Shown in pieces: positions 10,945 to 20,995 of a stretch of DNA of 64,000 bases (positions within the stretch are counted from its first letter, which is position 1; each line of letters opens with the position of its first letter). The notes beneath the pieces are model-generated. The model was not told where the DNA came from. It saw only the letters and a list, made by a program, of their open reading frames with translations, and searched no databases. The stretch lies in NCBI GenBank assembly GCA_000091205.1, contig AP006491.2; one strand, 5' to 3'. The position numbers and the translations under genes are program-made. This DNA comes from Cyanidioschyzon merolae. Lineage: Eukaryota.

Positions 10945-12591
10945 ATGCGCTTTCGACGGGAGCAGTCACCAAGGACCCAGCCTCTGCTCCTGTTTGGGCT
11001 TGTGATCGGTGCTCTAGTCCTTTGGGACTGCTGGTGGCAGCTATACTGGAAAGCTCCGCTCACAAATGACGCCAGCGCTCGACCACAACTACTTCCGCAG
11101 CAATGGTTCACCCGAACACGGACAGGTCAGTTGCGATCGCTTGCCCAGGAGTACTTGTCGCCCTGGTTGCTTTTGGGTATTCCACGAACCATGTTGGATG
11201 CTGCTGAGGTTCCTTTTCACGGTGCTGGTGTACATATTCGGGTGCCGGTAAACCTGAGCGCCTCAAAGCGTGAGCCGTATATCCTCTACAGAGTTCTTGA
11301 TCATTTTCCGCAGACGTATCGAGACCAGCGCCTGCGCTGGATCCTGCAGCTGACGTTGGACGCTTTGCCGCTTCCACCAGGTACAGAGTTCTACGTTAAT
11401 CTCGGTGATTGTCCGCGCTCGACAGCAGACTCCTCCGGGCGAGCAGCATTCGCCGGGATGCCGATTTTCTCGTTTCGTACAGGCGCAGCGTACATCGATA
11501 TCCCTATTCCAGATCCGGCAGAATACGGCGCTTACGGTAACTACCAGCTGGTCGATCGTAGCAGTCGTGAAACACGACACGACGACTTGAACGGCTCCGA
11601 TGAGGATGCTGGCGGCGCGAGTATCCGCAGCGACGAGGCGATGCGCGGTACTGCAGCCTCGACTAGCGCAGACTGGAAGCACCGCGATGCACGGGCATTC
11701 TTTCGCGGAGTCACATCTGCATTCGAGCACCACGATGGCAATGAAGTTGCCGATGTACGTATCCAGCTGCACGTTCTCGCTTCGCGTCACCCGGATCTGT
11801 TCGACGCTGGCGTGGTGGCGTTCACCAAGTTCGAAAACAGCTCGCTGGCGCTATCACCAGCAGCATACAACACCGCACGTGTTCCTGAGACGCCGATGGA
11901 GCAGCGGTACCCTCCATTGCTGCCACGAACACCGTTATCCAGCATGCAACGCTATCGCTATGTGCTTGATGTGGATGGCGGACTAGGTTCCTCACGCAAG
12001 AGATCTATACTTCTGTCGAGCGGGGCCGTGCCCCTCTTTCAGCAATCGCCCTGGAAACAATGGTACGAGCCGCTGCTGGTGCCAAATGTGCATTACCTGC
12101 CGGTGGACCGCTGGCTCCGCAACCTGACGAAAATCGTGCGCTTGTTGCATCACCAGGATCGCGAAGCGCAGCGGATAGCGATTCGAGCCAGCACTTTCGC
12201 TCGCCACTACCTCAGCTACGAGGTAGCCGTGTCGTACTATCGTATTCTGCTACTTCAGTATGCGCAGCTGCTCCAACCTCGCCGTGAAACAAACGGCGAG
12301 CTCAGGGATGCTCAAGTGCCGTGGCACCATTGTGCGCAGCGTCCGGGTCTGCGTAACGGCCCCATGGGGTGCTGGCGCGGCTGGTTCGTCTACCGCTCGG
12401 GCGATGCGTTACCCTTCGGGTGCTCGTATCGACGAGACCGTACGCCGACGCATCAGTGCTGGCGAACACTACCTCGTGACCCGAGCATGATAACGCTTTT
12501 TTCGCCATGGAACGCCTCAGGATCGCCCTGGTTGCGACAGGAGAAGCGTGGAATCCACGAATCGTACCCGACGGAAGCAAGCGCTGGCTAG
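10945..12591 (+). CDS. Glycosyltransferase family 90 (CAP10 / KDELC-like) domain protein, type II membrane topology
   Basis: N-terminal signal anchor (LLLFGLVIGALVLWDCWW). C-terminal GT90 signature RYRYVLDVDGGLGSSRKRSILLSSGAVPLFQQSPWKQWYEPLLVPNVHYLPVDRWLRNLTKIVRLLHHQDREAQRIAIRASTFARHYLSYEVAVSYYRILLLQYAQLL. Confidence 0.6.
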   Translation: MRFRREQSPRTQPLLLFGLVIGALVLWDCWWQLYWKAPLTNDASARPQLLPQQWFTRTRTGQLRSLAQEYLSPWLLLGIPRTMLDAAEVPFHGAGVHIRVPVNLSASKREPYILYRVLDHFPQTYRDQRLRWILQLTLDALPLPPGTEFYVNLGDCPRSTADSSGRAAFAGMPIFSFRTGAAYIDIPIPDPAEYGAYGNYQLVDRSSRETRHDDLNGSDEDAGGASIRSDEAMRGTAASTSADWKHRDARAFFRGVTSAFEHHDGNEVADVRIQLHVLASRHPDLFDAGVVAFTKFENSSLALSPAAYNTARVPETPMEQRYPPLLPRTPLSSMQRYRYVLDVDGGLGSSRKRSILLSSGAVPLFQQSPWKQWYEPLLVPNVHYLPVDRWLRNLTKIVRLLHHQDREAQRIAIRASTFARHYLSYEVAVSYYRILLLQYAQLLQPRRETNGELRDAQVPWHHCAQRPGLRNGPMGCWRGWFVYRSGDALPFGCSYRRDRTPTHQCWRTLPRDPSMITLFSPWNASGSPWLRQEKRGIHESYPTEASAG

Positions 12592-13079
12592 TTCTCAGGG
12601 ATGCCGTGGCCGGCAGCTGATGCACAAGGGATCTCACCTGATTTGCATCCTAGTCTTACCCGGAATGCAGTGGTTAATGCACCAGCATCTTTAGGCGTGT
12701 AATGTGCCGCTGGTTCGTTTTAAGGGACGCACTGGCCGGTAGTGGATGCCCATCGATCTCGGCTGCTTCGCGTCTTCGGTGGACCGAAAATTCACTCAGA
12801 TATACGCCGAAATGTTTCGGTCTCTTTCGCTTTTCAAAGCATGCAATGCTCGTATGGAGCCAAATTCAGGCACTAGGACTTGCGGAATACTCTGAGGTGT
12901 CCCTTGGGCCAACCCTGCTTTGCAGTGTTTCGTGGAGACTGCTTACAGGCAGCGGCTAGTCTTGCTGATGCCGCTCGACACGGGTCTCGAAAAGGCGCTC
13001 GCGGTTCCGTGCGCGTCTGCGTCTGGAATGCCTTGGAGGTTTTCGTCTTTCCAAATATGCTGCACGAACCGGAATGCCT

Positions 13080-13455
13080 CAAGAGTTTCTTGGTCTGCAG
13101 CCTCTACATTCACATTAGAGCAATACGGGTCAACGGTTTCTTACATAGTTCTGGGATTCTTGAACCCGGCAAGCTTCTAGAGTATCTTGGTCTGCAGCCT
13201 CTACATTCACATTAGAGCAATACGGGCCAACGGTTTCTTACATAGTTCTGGGATTCTTGAACCCGGCAAGCTTCTAGAGTTTCTTGGTCTGCAGCCTCTA
13301 CATTCACATTAGAGCAATACGGGCCAACGGTTTCTTACATAGTTCTGGGATTCTTGAACCCGGCAAGCTTCTAGAGTTTCTTGGTCTGCAGCCTCTACAT
13401 TCACATTAGAGCAATACGGGCCAACGGTTGCTTACATAGTTCTGGGATTCTCAGC
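13080..13455. repeat. Intergenic minisatellite, ~97-bp unit x ~3.8 copies
   Basis: The unit tcttggtctgcagcctctacattcacattagagcaatacgggccaacggtttcttacatagttctgggattcttgaacccggcaagcttctagagtt recurs at about 13087, 13184, 13281 and 13378 with a few substitutions. Confidence 0.85.
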
Positions 13456-15820
13456 GGCGTTTCGAAATGACTTGTTAGGCTTTTTGCCGCAGCAACACGT
13501 TACGTCACTGCGTTCAAGATCATTCGCGAGACTCTCAAGCAGGCATTTGGTGTAATGACCGATATCGCCATCCAATTCCCGTATATAAGACTCCACTCTT
13601 CTTCTTTCCGTCTGCGCACCATGCTCAAATCACGCGTTTCTTTCAATTTTTCGATCTCTGTTTTTCAGGGAAACAGGCTGGAACAGCGATTCGCGGCGCT
13701 GGACTGATGAAGAAACATACCCGACCTTGTCCCTGGACGACCTGTCCACAAACTCATGCTGAAAGCGCACTGGACATGCCGCGCCGAATGATCGATTCCG
13801 TTTCAAGAGAAAGTCTTTCTCTATTTGTGGCTATCGACGATACAGTACTCGACAGCATCAGCACGGTACTTTACACGGGAACTGCTTCAAGAGGATCCCG
13901 GCTCTTCGGTTTCCATGGAAAAGCGTCTTTCTTGGGTTTGAGTCGTCGAAGCAATTGCTGTTTCGGGAGATTTTGTCACCGCTTGCACGACGGGAAGGCA
14001 GACGGATCGAGATTTATGGAGTTGTTCTCCATTATGGGCTTTCCATCCGGTATTTAATGCATCATGGACAACCTCGCGTTCAGCAAAATTCTTTCTCTAA
14101 TGGGACCGCATGCGCTGGCATGTGCAGTGGACACAGTACTCGACGCCGGACTCGCCTAGAAGACGCCCGTGAACATAGCATATGGCACTGGGCACAGAAA
14201 CGGAGGAGGGCATTTCTGGAAGCCTTCTGCCCGTGTCGATGGCCATCTATCGGGCGATCTAGCAAGCCTGTATGGACTGTAGAGCGGCGCTCCGGGCATG
14301 CGGTCTAGTCGACACATGAGAACCCCTAACCACGGTTACGTTTCATTGTTGCAACGGGCAAGCCGACGTTGTCCCCGAACAAGATGAATTTGGTCATCGA
14401 AGCGAAGCTCGCAGATTCTTCCCCTGCATGAAATGCATAGACACCAGCCGGAAGCGGTGAAATCTCAACAAGCACGCCGCGATCATTACCTATCGACCGC
14501 AGACAACGGAACTGCAATGAAACGAGAGACCTTCGTATTTAAAGCCAGAGAAATACGAGCGGAATCGCGGCCAACAGCACAAAAAAATCCGCAAAGGTCT
14601 GTGTTGATGACCAATGGAAGCGGTGTAGACTTTAGGGTGTACACTCGAGCTACAGGACGCGTTCCACTGCATCCTAATACGGTTGCAGTGCCGGCGACTC
14701 GGACCTCTACACCTGCACATCTTTCGCGAGAGTCGTCGGCCTCAAACCCGCAGAAAGGTTGGAACGAAACCGTTGAGTGTGCACGGTATATGCCGCAATG
14801 CATCTGGTTCCACAGCAAGTGTCTGCTATCGCCTCAACGCCTTTGAAGTCACCAGATCAGACACCCACTTTCGCAGCATCACACCGGTTGTGGACGAGAT
14901 AGATCCTGGAAGCGTCTGCGGAAGCAGTGAACACGACGCATCGGGAAGCGGCAGGGTTCGTACATTCGGACTAACCTGGGACGATCCACTGATTCTCTGG
15001 GTGATCCAGGACAGGTATCATCGAAAGTGAGGATACATGCACACGTGCTAGAACGCGGTGTTGCGTTGCGCTCTGGTACAGGACTGAAGCATGGAACCCG
15101 GGTTTGCTCTGAATGTGCAGTTGCTGCTGAGCGTCAGAGAGGAGATGCTGGCCACTTTACAAGCGCTTCTGCATACAGCAACTCTGCAGCAGTGCTTCTC
15201 TTGAGACTGGAAGCTGGATTGATCCAGCGAGCCGTCCGCTGCAGTGCCGGAGCTGCCGACGTTTCTGTATTCGTGGTTGAGGTTGCCGCTGATCAACGAC
15301 TTGTTGCCTTGGCACAGCTCGCGTACTGGCGATCGCTTCAACCGAGCAGGCGCTCAACACTGTACCCTGCATTTTGATCAAAAAACCTTGATACTGACTA
15401 GAGAGTCCCGATGACGATATCATTGTCGGTAACCGAGAAAACTTCCCGGGAAAGGCGACGCAGTCATTGCCTCGGACGCCGGTGCGCCGCGTTGTGTCAA
15501 GTGGGGTGACGTCCACGCGCGCACCACCGTGCAGCACGTGCGACTCGGGTCTGCGGTACTCATGTGGATGTCTGTGGTGGATGAACGCACGGGCAAAGCG
15601 ACCGAGTTGGGCAACGCGGAAACGCAAGCGTGGGATAGAGATGGAAATAGGTGACGGAGAGTGCGCGACGATAAGGACTCGTTGGCGTTGGCGTTGCCAC
15701 AGGGTTTCCAGCAACGTACCCAAGTATTCGAATGTGGATGATTAAGCATGCTTTTACCGATGACGCAGTGTTCTGTGTGTACCCTCACCAACCCATTACT
15801 CAAGATCTGAACGCATCCAT

Positions 15821-17044
15821 TTAGTATTTGTAGCCAGCCTCAAACGTACCAGTTACATCCAGTGTCGGCTCTGAACCCGGAACGTATTTGCCCAGACTCG
15901 CCTTGCTGTTGGCTCGCGCCCGTGCAAGAAGCGCCTCCTGAGCCGCCCGCACATTCTCATCCTTACCCATCCACGATTTGAGGCACGACTGCTGCAGCGC
16001 GCGCCCATATGAGAAGGACAGCGCCCACGGTCCCTTGCGTGGACGGCTGTTCAGGGCGTTCAGGTTGATCGTGGCCTCTTCCTCCGTCATGCCACCAGAC
16101 AAGAACATGATACCAGGCACCGCTGCAGGGATCGTCCGCTCCAGCGTGCGAACCGTCATCTCAGCAATCACATCCGGCTTGACCTGCTGCTTGCTATCGG
16201 CACCAGGGAGCGTCATGGATGGTTTGAGAAGCGAGCCCTCCAGGAAGACTCCCTGTTGTTGGCACAAGTTATAAAGAATGGAGTAGACCTCCTCCTGGAC
16301 CTCAGCACACCTCTCGATGGTGTGGTCGCCATCCAGCAGAACCTCGGGCTCGATGATCGGCACCAGGCCCTGATCCTGCACAGTTCGGGCGTACCGCGCG
16401 AGACCGTAGCAGTTCTCGAAAATTGCCTGGCGAGTCGGACCGCCTGGTGCAATCTGGATAACCGCACGCCATTTGGCAAAGCGCGCACCCTGAGCGTAAT
16501 ACGCGGCTGCTCGCTCCGACAACCCGTCCAGGCCGGTGCACCAGGTCTCGTGCGCGAGCGCTGCGCCATGGAGCGGCGCCAAACCCTTGTCCACCTTGAT
16601 GCCTGGAATCACGCCAATGTTCCGCAGGCAGTCCACAAATGGACGACCATCCCGAGTGCTCTGATACAATGTCTCTTCGTACAGGATAGCACCGCTGATG
16701 TACTCACCGAGCCCCTGGCACGTGAAGAGGAGCTCGCGGTACCCACGCCGGTGCGTCTCCGTGTTCTCCACACCAATCGTTGCCAAGCGCTTTCCGATGG
16801 TTTTCGTGCTCTCGTCCACTGCAAGAATACCACGACCAGGCGATGCTATCTTGTTTGCAGTCTCCACCAGCTCGTCTGCGAATTTCTCCACCCCGCCCGG
16901 GCGCACGCCCCATGAGCGCATGCGCAGCGTCACAGAACGCGCCACTCGCGCACGAGGAGCGCCAAGAGACTTTTGACGCAAGTTAAGCTTCACATTCTGT
17001 TGGAAGAAAGAGGAATTAACTGGAATCTGAACGAATGCCTCCAT
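15821..17044 (-). CDS. Fructose-bisphosphate aldolase, class I, with a ~50-aa N-terminal presequence
   Basis: [84 protein letters not shown]...[16 protein letters not shown]...YKY is unmistakably class I aldolase. The stop is TAA. I chose the start at the ATG at 17044 ([12 protein letters not shown]...), because the upstream in-frame Arg-rich extension looks non-coding. Confidence 0.88.
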   Translation of the reverse strand: MEAFVQIPVNSSFFQQNVKLNLRQKSLGAPRARVARSVTLRMRSWGVRPGGVEKFADELVETANKIASPGRGILAVDESTKTIGKRLATIGVENTETHRRGYRELLFTCQGLGEYISGAILYEETLYQSTRDGRPFVDCLRNIGVIPGIKVDKGLAPLHGAALAHETWCTGLDGLSERAAAYYAQGARFAKWRAVIQIAPGGPTRQAIFENCYGLARYARTVQDQGLVPIIEPEVLLDGDHTIERCAEVQEEVYSILYNLCQQQGVFLEGSLLKPSMTLPGADSKQQVKPDVIAEMTVRTLERTIPAAVPGIMFLSGGMTEEEATINLNALNSRPRKGPWALSFSYGRALQQSCLKSWMGKDENVRAAQEALLARARANSKASLGKYVPGSEPTLDVTGTFEAGYKY

Positions 17045-19071
17045 ATTGCCAGGTCTCAGCTCGCGCTCGCTGCGTGTCTTCGTGCCGCGCACACACCACA
17101 ACACCAACACGCAGTCAACGTCGCGTGTGGCAGGCATCGCTCGTCGACGCCTACCGTCACGACGCCGCCGGCGATGCGTCGCCGACGCCGCACGCATCGC
17201 GTTTTTGGTGCGTGCATGCGTGCGTGCTGGACGCCCGGCGCTGCGGCATCGAGCATCGTCGACGGTGCAGCGATCGGGGCAGCGAGATGCGGTGCGCGCA
17301 GACCTGGACATCATCGCCTCGGATGCGTCGCGAACGTTCGATTTTTTTCATAGACAAGACGTTTACTTGTGCCAGCTTTCTCCGATTATGCGCATTTATG
17401 TTTTCTTACCTCTTTTGTGTGTTATTTTTTGTGCGCGGTGAGGTATCCATCAAACGTCCTACCTCCAAGTTACATTACCTATACTGATTCTCGGATATTC
17501 TGGTCGTTTCATACGTTCTATCGGGTGCGCTTAGTACCTAACCTAATCATACGCCTTTGGAACTTAACCGCTGGAGCAGATAGTTCATAGAGTTAGGAGG
17601 GCTTTTCCATACCACAGAGGGCGTCGGTTCGAGGCGTGGTTCACCCGACGTAGAACTGGGATTCGTCGTCAGTGTGTGCTCGGACAGTCTGCGGATGCAG
17701 GCTTGCCTTCGCTGCACGACACGCTGGAGAAACTTCACTGTTAGGATATATCGTGGGGGCCGCCTCTCTCCTTCGTGATCATGCATGGAATGCGTTGTTG
17801 TCGGTTGGCAATGCGGGTTTGTGCTCGACACTCATACAGAAGGTAGGCGCAGAAAGCGCACTAAACCCGTGTGCGCATCCGATTCGCTGGACCATCCGCC
17901 TAGAAGGTAGCATGTGAGTTTGTTCGCCACTAGTGAGCGCTGAGGCTCTGTTAGCGGACCATCAGTTGCCAGTGCTGCACTCAAAGTGAGTGTCCGGCCG
18001 TCGACTATCACGGTGATGCCCAGCTGCTGCTGTCCTTCAAGGAGATCGCTGCGCTCCTGCTTTCAGCGCGGCCACTGTAACAGTAAATATGTCAGCGTCT
18101 CGGGGATCTCGTCTCGACAGCAGGGACAGTGTGATTCCCAGTGCGATTCCAGTGCTCCTATCCGGCTTAGAGCCGGTGCTGCTAGTCAGAAACCACCAAC
18201 GTGGATTTTGGCGAGCCACTGGGTACCGCGAGCAAGTCCCGGGAATTCCAGCGCCTCCCACCAGTACTTGCATGTGTATGCTAGGTTGTAGTTCCGGTAT
18301 AGAGTCAAGCCGGCGTTACGGGCGCGACTGGTTCCGTGTCTACGTTCCCATATTGGTGTTCGGACCGTTCGCTTGAGGCGTCTGAAGTCTTCTACATTCC
18401 TGGGGAACGATTGGAGCGGACAGCCTGCTTCTGGGCGTCGCGCTGGTCCGAGTGGACTCCGAGTACGTCGCTTCGTGCTGCTGCAAGCATTAGGTCTGTC
18501 TGCGCAGCTTACTGGCTCCCAGCATGATTATGTAGTCCGAACCCGTATCCAATGAACCACAACTTGAGGCGACGCCCTCACTGGCATGGCAAAGCCGTTC
18601 TGTCTCCGTGCCGCATCTGCTCCAGGGGTGTAAGCGCGATTGCGAATGCTCAAGGAAGGTTACGTGCACAGTGGAATGCACGAAATAACCAGTACATCCG
18701 AAAGGAAGTACAAGTAATGGAACCTGAAGGTAGGGTCCAGCAGCATGATGGGCGCTTTCCCGAATGTCAATACCGATCTATCGCGCAATCTGGCCTCCAT
18801 GGTCCATAGAAGCGCTTTGGCATCGGCGGGAGAACCGGGCGTCGCCCCGCGCTGCGCTCCATGGAACAATGCTCAAATCACGAATAAATTGTACTTTATT
18901 AAATCTGTATGTACTATGATGTACAAAATAGCATTCCAGGAATCCCGAGATCACACACGCGCTCGAGACGTGAACTGTCTCGTCACTCTCGGCTACGGCT
19001 TCATCTTCCTCGTATTTCTTCGCCATTAGATACGAGTGCGGTAAGATTCTGGGCTGAAGTTTTCAATATTA

Positions 19072-20565
19072 GTGATGGACCCAACCAAGTATACACCACG
19101 CGATACTTTTGACGTGAACGTGCTTACCACGAACGCTGGGCAGCCGGTGACGAACAACCAGTCTTCACGCACTGTGGGGCCGCGTGGACCGGTGCTGCTT
19201 GAGGACTACCACCTCTTGGAGAAGCTGGCTAACTTTGACCGTGAACGGCAACCGGAGCGTGTTGTACACGCGCGCGGTGTGACTGCCAAGGGTTACTTTG
19301 AGGTGACACACGATATCACAGACTTAACCTGCGCGGACATGTTCGCGGAGGTTGGTCGCCGTACGCCGGTGGCTGTCCGGTTTTCGACGGTCATTCACTC
19401 GCGTCATTCACCGGAAACCTTGCGTGATCCGCGCGGTTTTGCTGTCAAGTTCTACACTCGTGAAGGAATCTGGGACCTCGTCGGAAATAATCTGCCGGTC
19501 TTCTTTATCAGGGATGCGATCAAGTTCCCGGACTTAATTCACGCGTTCAAACCAAACCCGCGGACAGAGGCGCAGGAATCCTGGAGGATTCTCGACTTTT
19601 TAAGCAACCAACACGAAAGCCTGAATATGCTCACGTTCCTTTTCGACGACGAGGGTATCCCGAAGGACTATCGGCATATGCGCGGCAGCGGAGTGCACTC
19701 GTTCCGCCTTGTAACCAGGGACGGACGCTCGACGTACGTGCGCTTCCACTGGCGCCCCAAGTGCGGTATGGAAAACTTGTTGGACGAAGAGGCTGCCGTT
19801 GTGTGTGGTCAGGATTTTTCTCACGCAACGCATGACTTGATCCGGGCAATTGACCGAGGCGACTATCCCGAATGGGCGCTCTATATCCAAACCATGGACC
19901 CGGCAATGGTTGAGAACCACGTGTTCCCGTGGGGCGATCCACTCGACGCGACGAGAGAGTGGCCTGAGAAGGACTTTCCGCTTCGCCCTGTGGGTCGCAT
20001 GGTGCTGAATCAGAACTGCGATAACCAGTTCTTGGAGAATGAGCAAATTGCCTTCTCGCCGGCACTCGTTGTCCCAGGTATCTACTATTCAGACGATAAG
20101 CTGTTGCAGGGTCGCCTTTTCAGTTACGCCGACACGCAGCGATACCGTATTGGTGCCAATTATCTGCAGCTGCCGATCAACGCACCAAAGAATCCGTTCC
20201 ATAATAACCATTATGATGGCCAGCAGAACTGGATGCTGCGTCAGGGCGAAGTGAACTACTACCCCAGCCGCGTAGACCCGGTGCCGGAGGCGCCCCCGGC
20301 CGCATTCCCAACGCCTCGCGATGAACTACGTGGTCAGCGGGTGAAGCAGCTGGTTCCAAATCAGTGCGACTTTGTGCAGCCTGGAGAACGTTACCGCTCT
20401 TTCGATCCGGCGCGCAAGGAGCGGTTCGTGAACCGGATCGCGAAACTGCTAACAGATGAGCGCGTGACCCCAGAGCTGCGAGCCATCTGGCTGGAGCTCT
20501 GGAGCAAATGCGATGCTGAACTGGGCGCAGCGCTGGCGACCAGAGTGAAGCAGTGTACAATGTGA
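19072..20565 (+). CDS. Catalase (monofunctional, heme)
   Basis: The 497-aa ORF contains [37 protein letters not shown]...[64 protein letters not shown]...[17 protein letters not shown], all classic catalase motifs. The stop is TGA. Confidence 0.92.
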   Translation: MMDPTKYTPRDTFDVNVLTTNAGQPVTNNQSSRTVGPRGPVLLEDYHLLEKLANFDRERQPERVVHARGVTAKGYFEVTHDITDLTCADMFAEVGRRTPVAVRFSTVIHSRHSPETLRDPRGFAVKFYTREGIWDLVGNNLPVFFIRDAIKFPDLIHAFKPNPRTEAQESWRILDFLSNQHESLNMLTFLFDDEGIPKDYRHMRGSGVHSFRLVTRDGRSTYVRFHWRPKCGMENLLDEEAAVVCGQDFSHATHDLIRAIDRGDYPEWALYIQTMDPAMVENHVFPWGDPLDATREWPEKDFPLRPVGRMVLNQNCDNQFLENEQIAFSPALVVPGIYYSDDKLLQGRLFSYADTQRYRIGANYLQLPINAPKNPFHNNHYDGQQNWMLRQGEVNYYPSRVDPVPEAPPAAFPTPRDELRGQRVKQLVPNQCDFVQPGERYRSFDPARKERFVNRIAKLLTDERVTPELRAIWLELWSKCDAELGAALATRVKQCTM

Positions 20566-20567
20566 AT

Positions 20568-20608
20568 GTCGTTGTCGTCGTCGTTGTCGTCGTCGTCGCT
20601 GTGCGCTT
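20568..20608. repeat. (GTC/GTT)n trinucleotide microsatellite just 3' of the catalase stop
   Basis: Direct read: gtcgttgtcgtcgtcgttgtcgtcgtcgtcgctgtg. Confidence 0.75.
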
Positions 20609-20995
20609 GAACGGTCGCTCCAAGCTCAAATAAAGACTGACAAACCAGATGCAGTGCCGATGCGTATATAGCCGCTGCAACCATATGACGGGGCTGGGTG
20701 CGCATCTCCGGCAAAGCGTGTTGACGGCATGTGCGTCTGTCTGAACGCGATCGGACGTAGACGCTTCTTTGCAACCCGCGAGGAAGTCATGATTGGTCGA
20801 TTGAACAGTTGGTATGGTTCAATTTGCGTTAGATCGAAGGAATGGGTGTTTTTCGGTTTGTTTAAACAGAACGCTGATCGGTTTCCACGTGTCGCGCCCT
20901 AGCATGATCCGAAACGACCGCCGCCGCCACCGCCACCGCCACCACCACCACCACGGTGACGGCCATAACCACCATCGTAAACACAAGTCACCCTT

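Noticed and set aside
17600-17660. Possible tRNA T-arm-like sequence (ggcgtcggttcgaggcgtggttcacccgacg)
   Set aside because: I could not assemble a full cloverleaf (acceptor stem, D-arm, anticodon arm) around it by eye, and it lacks the GTTCGAATC consensus. I left it unannotated; a tRNA-model scan would settle it.
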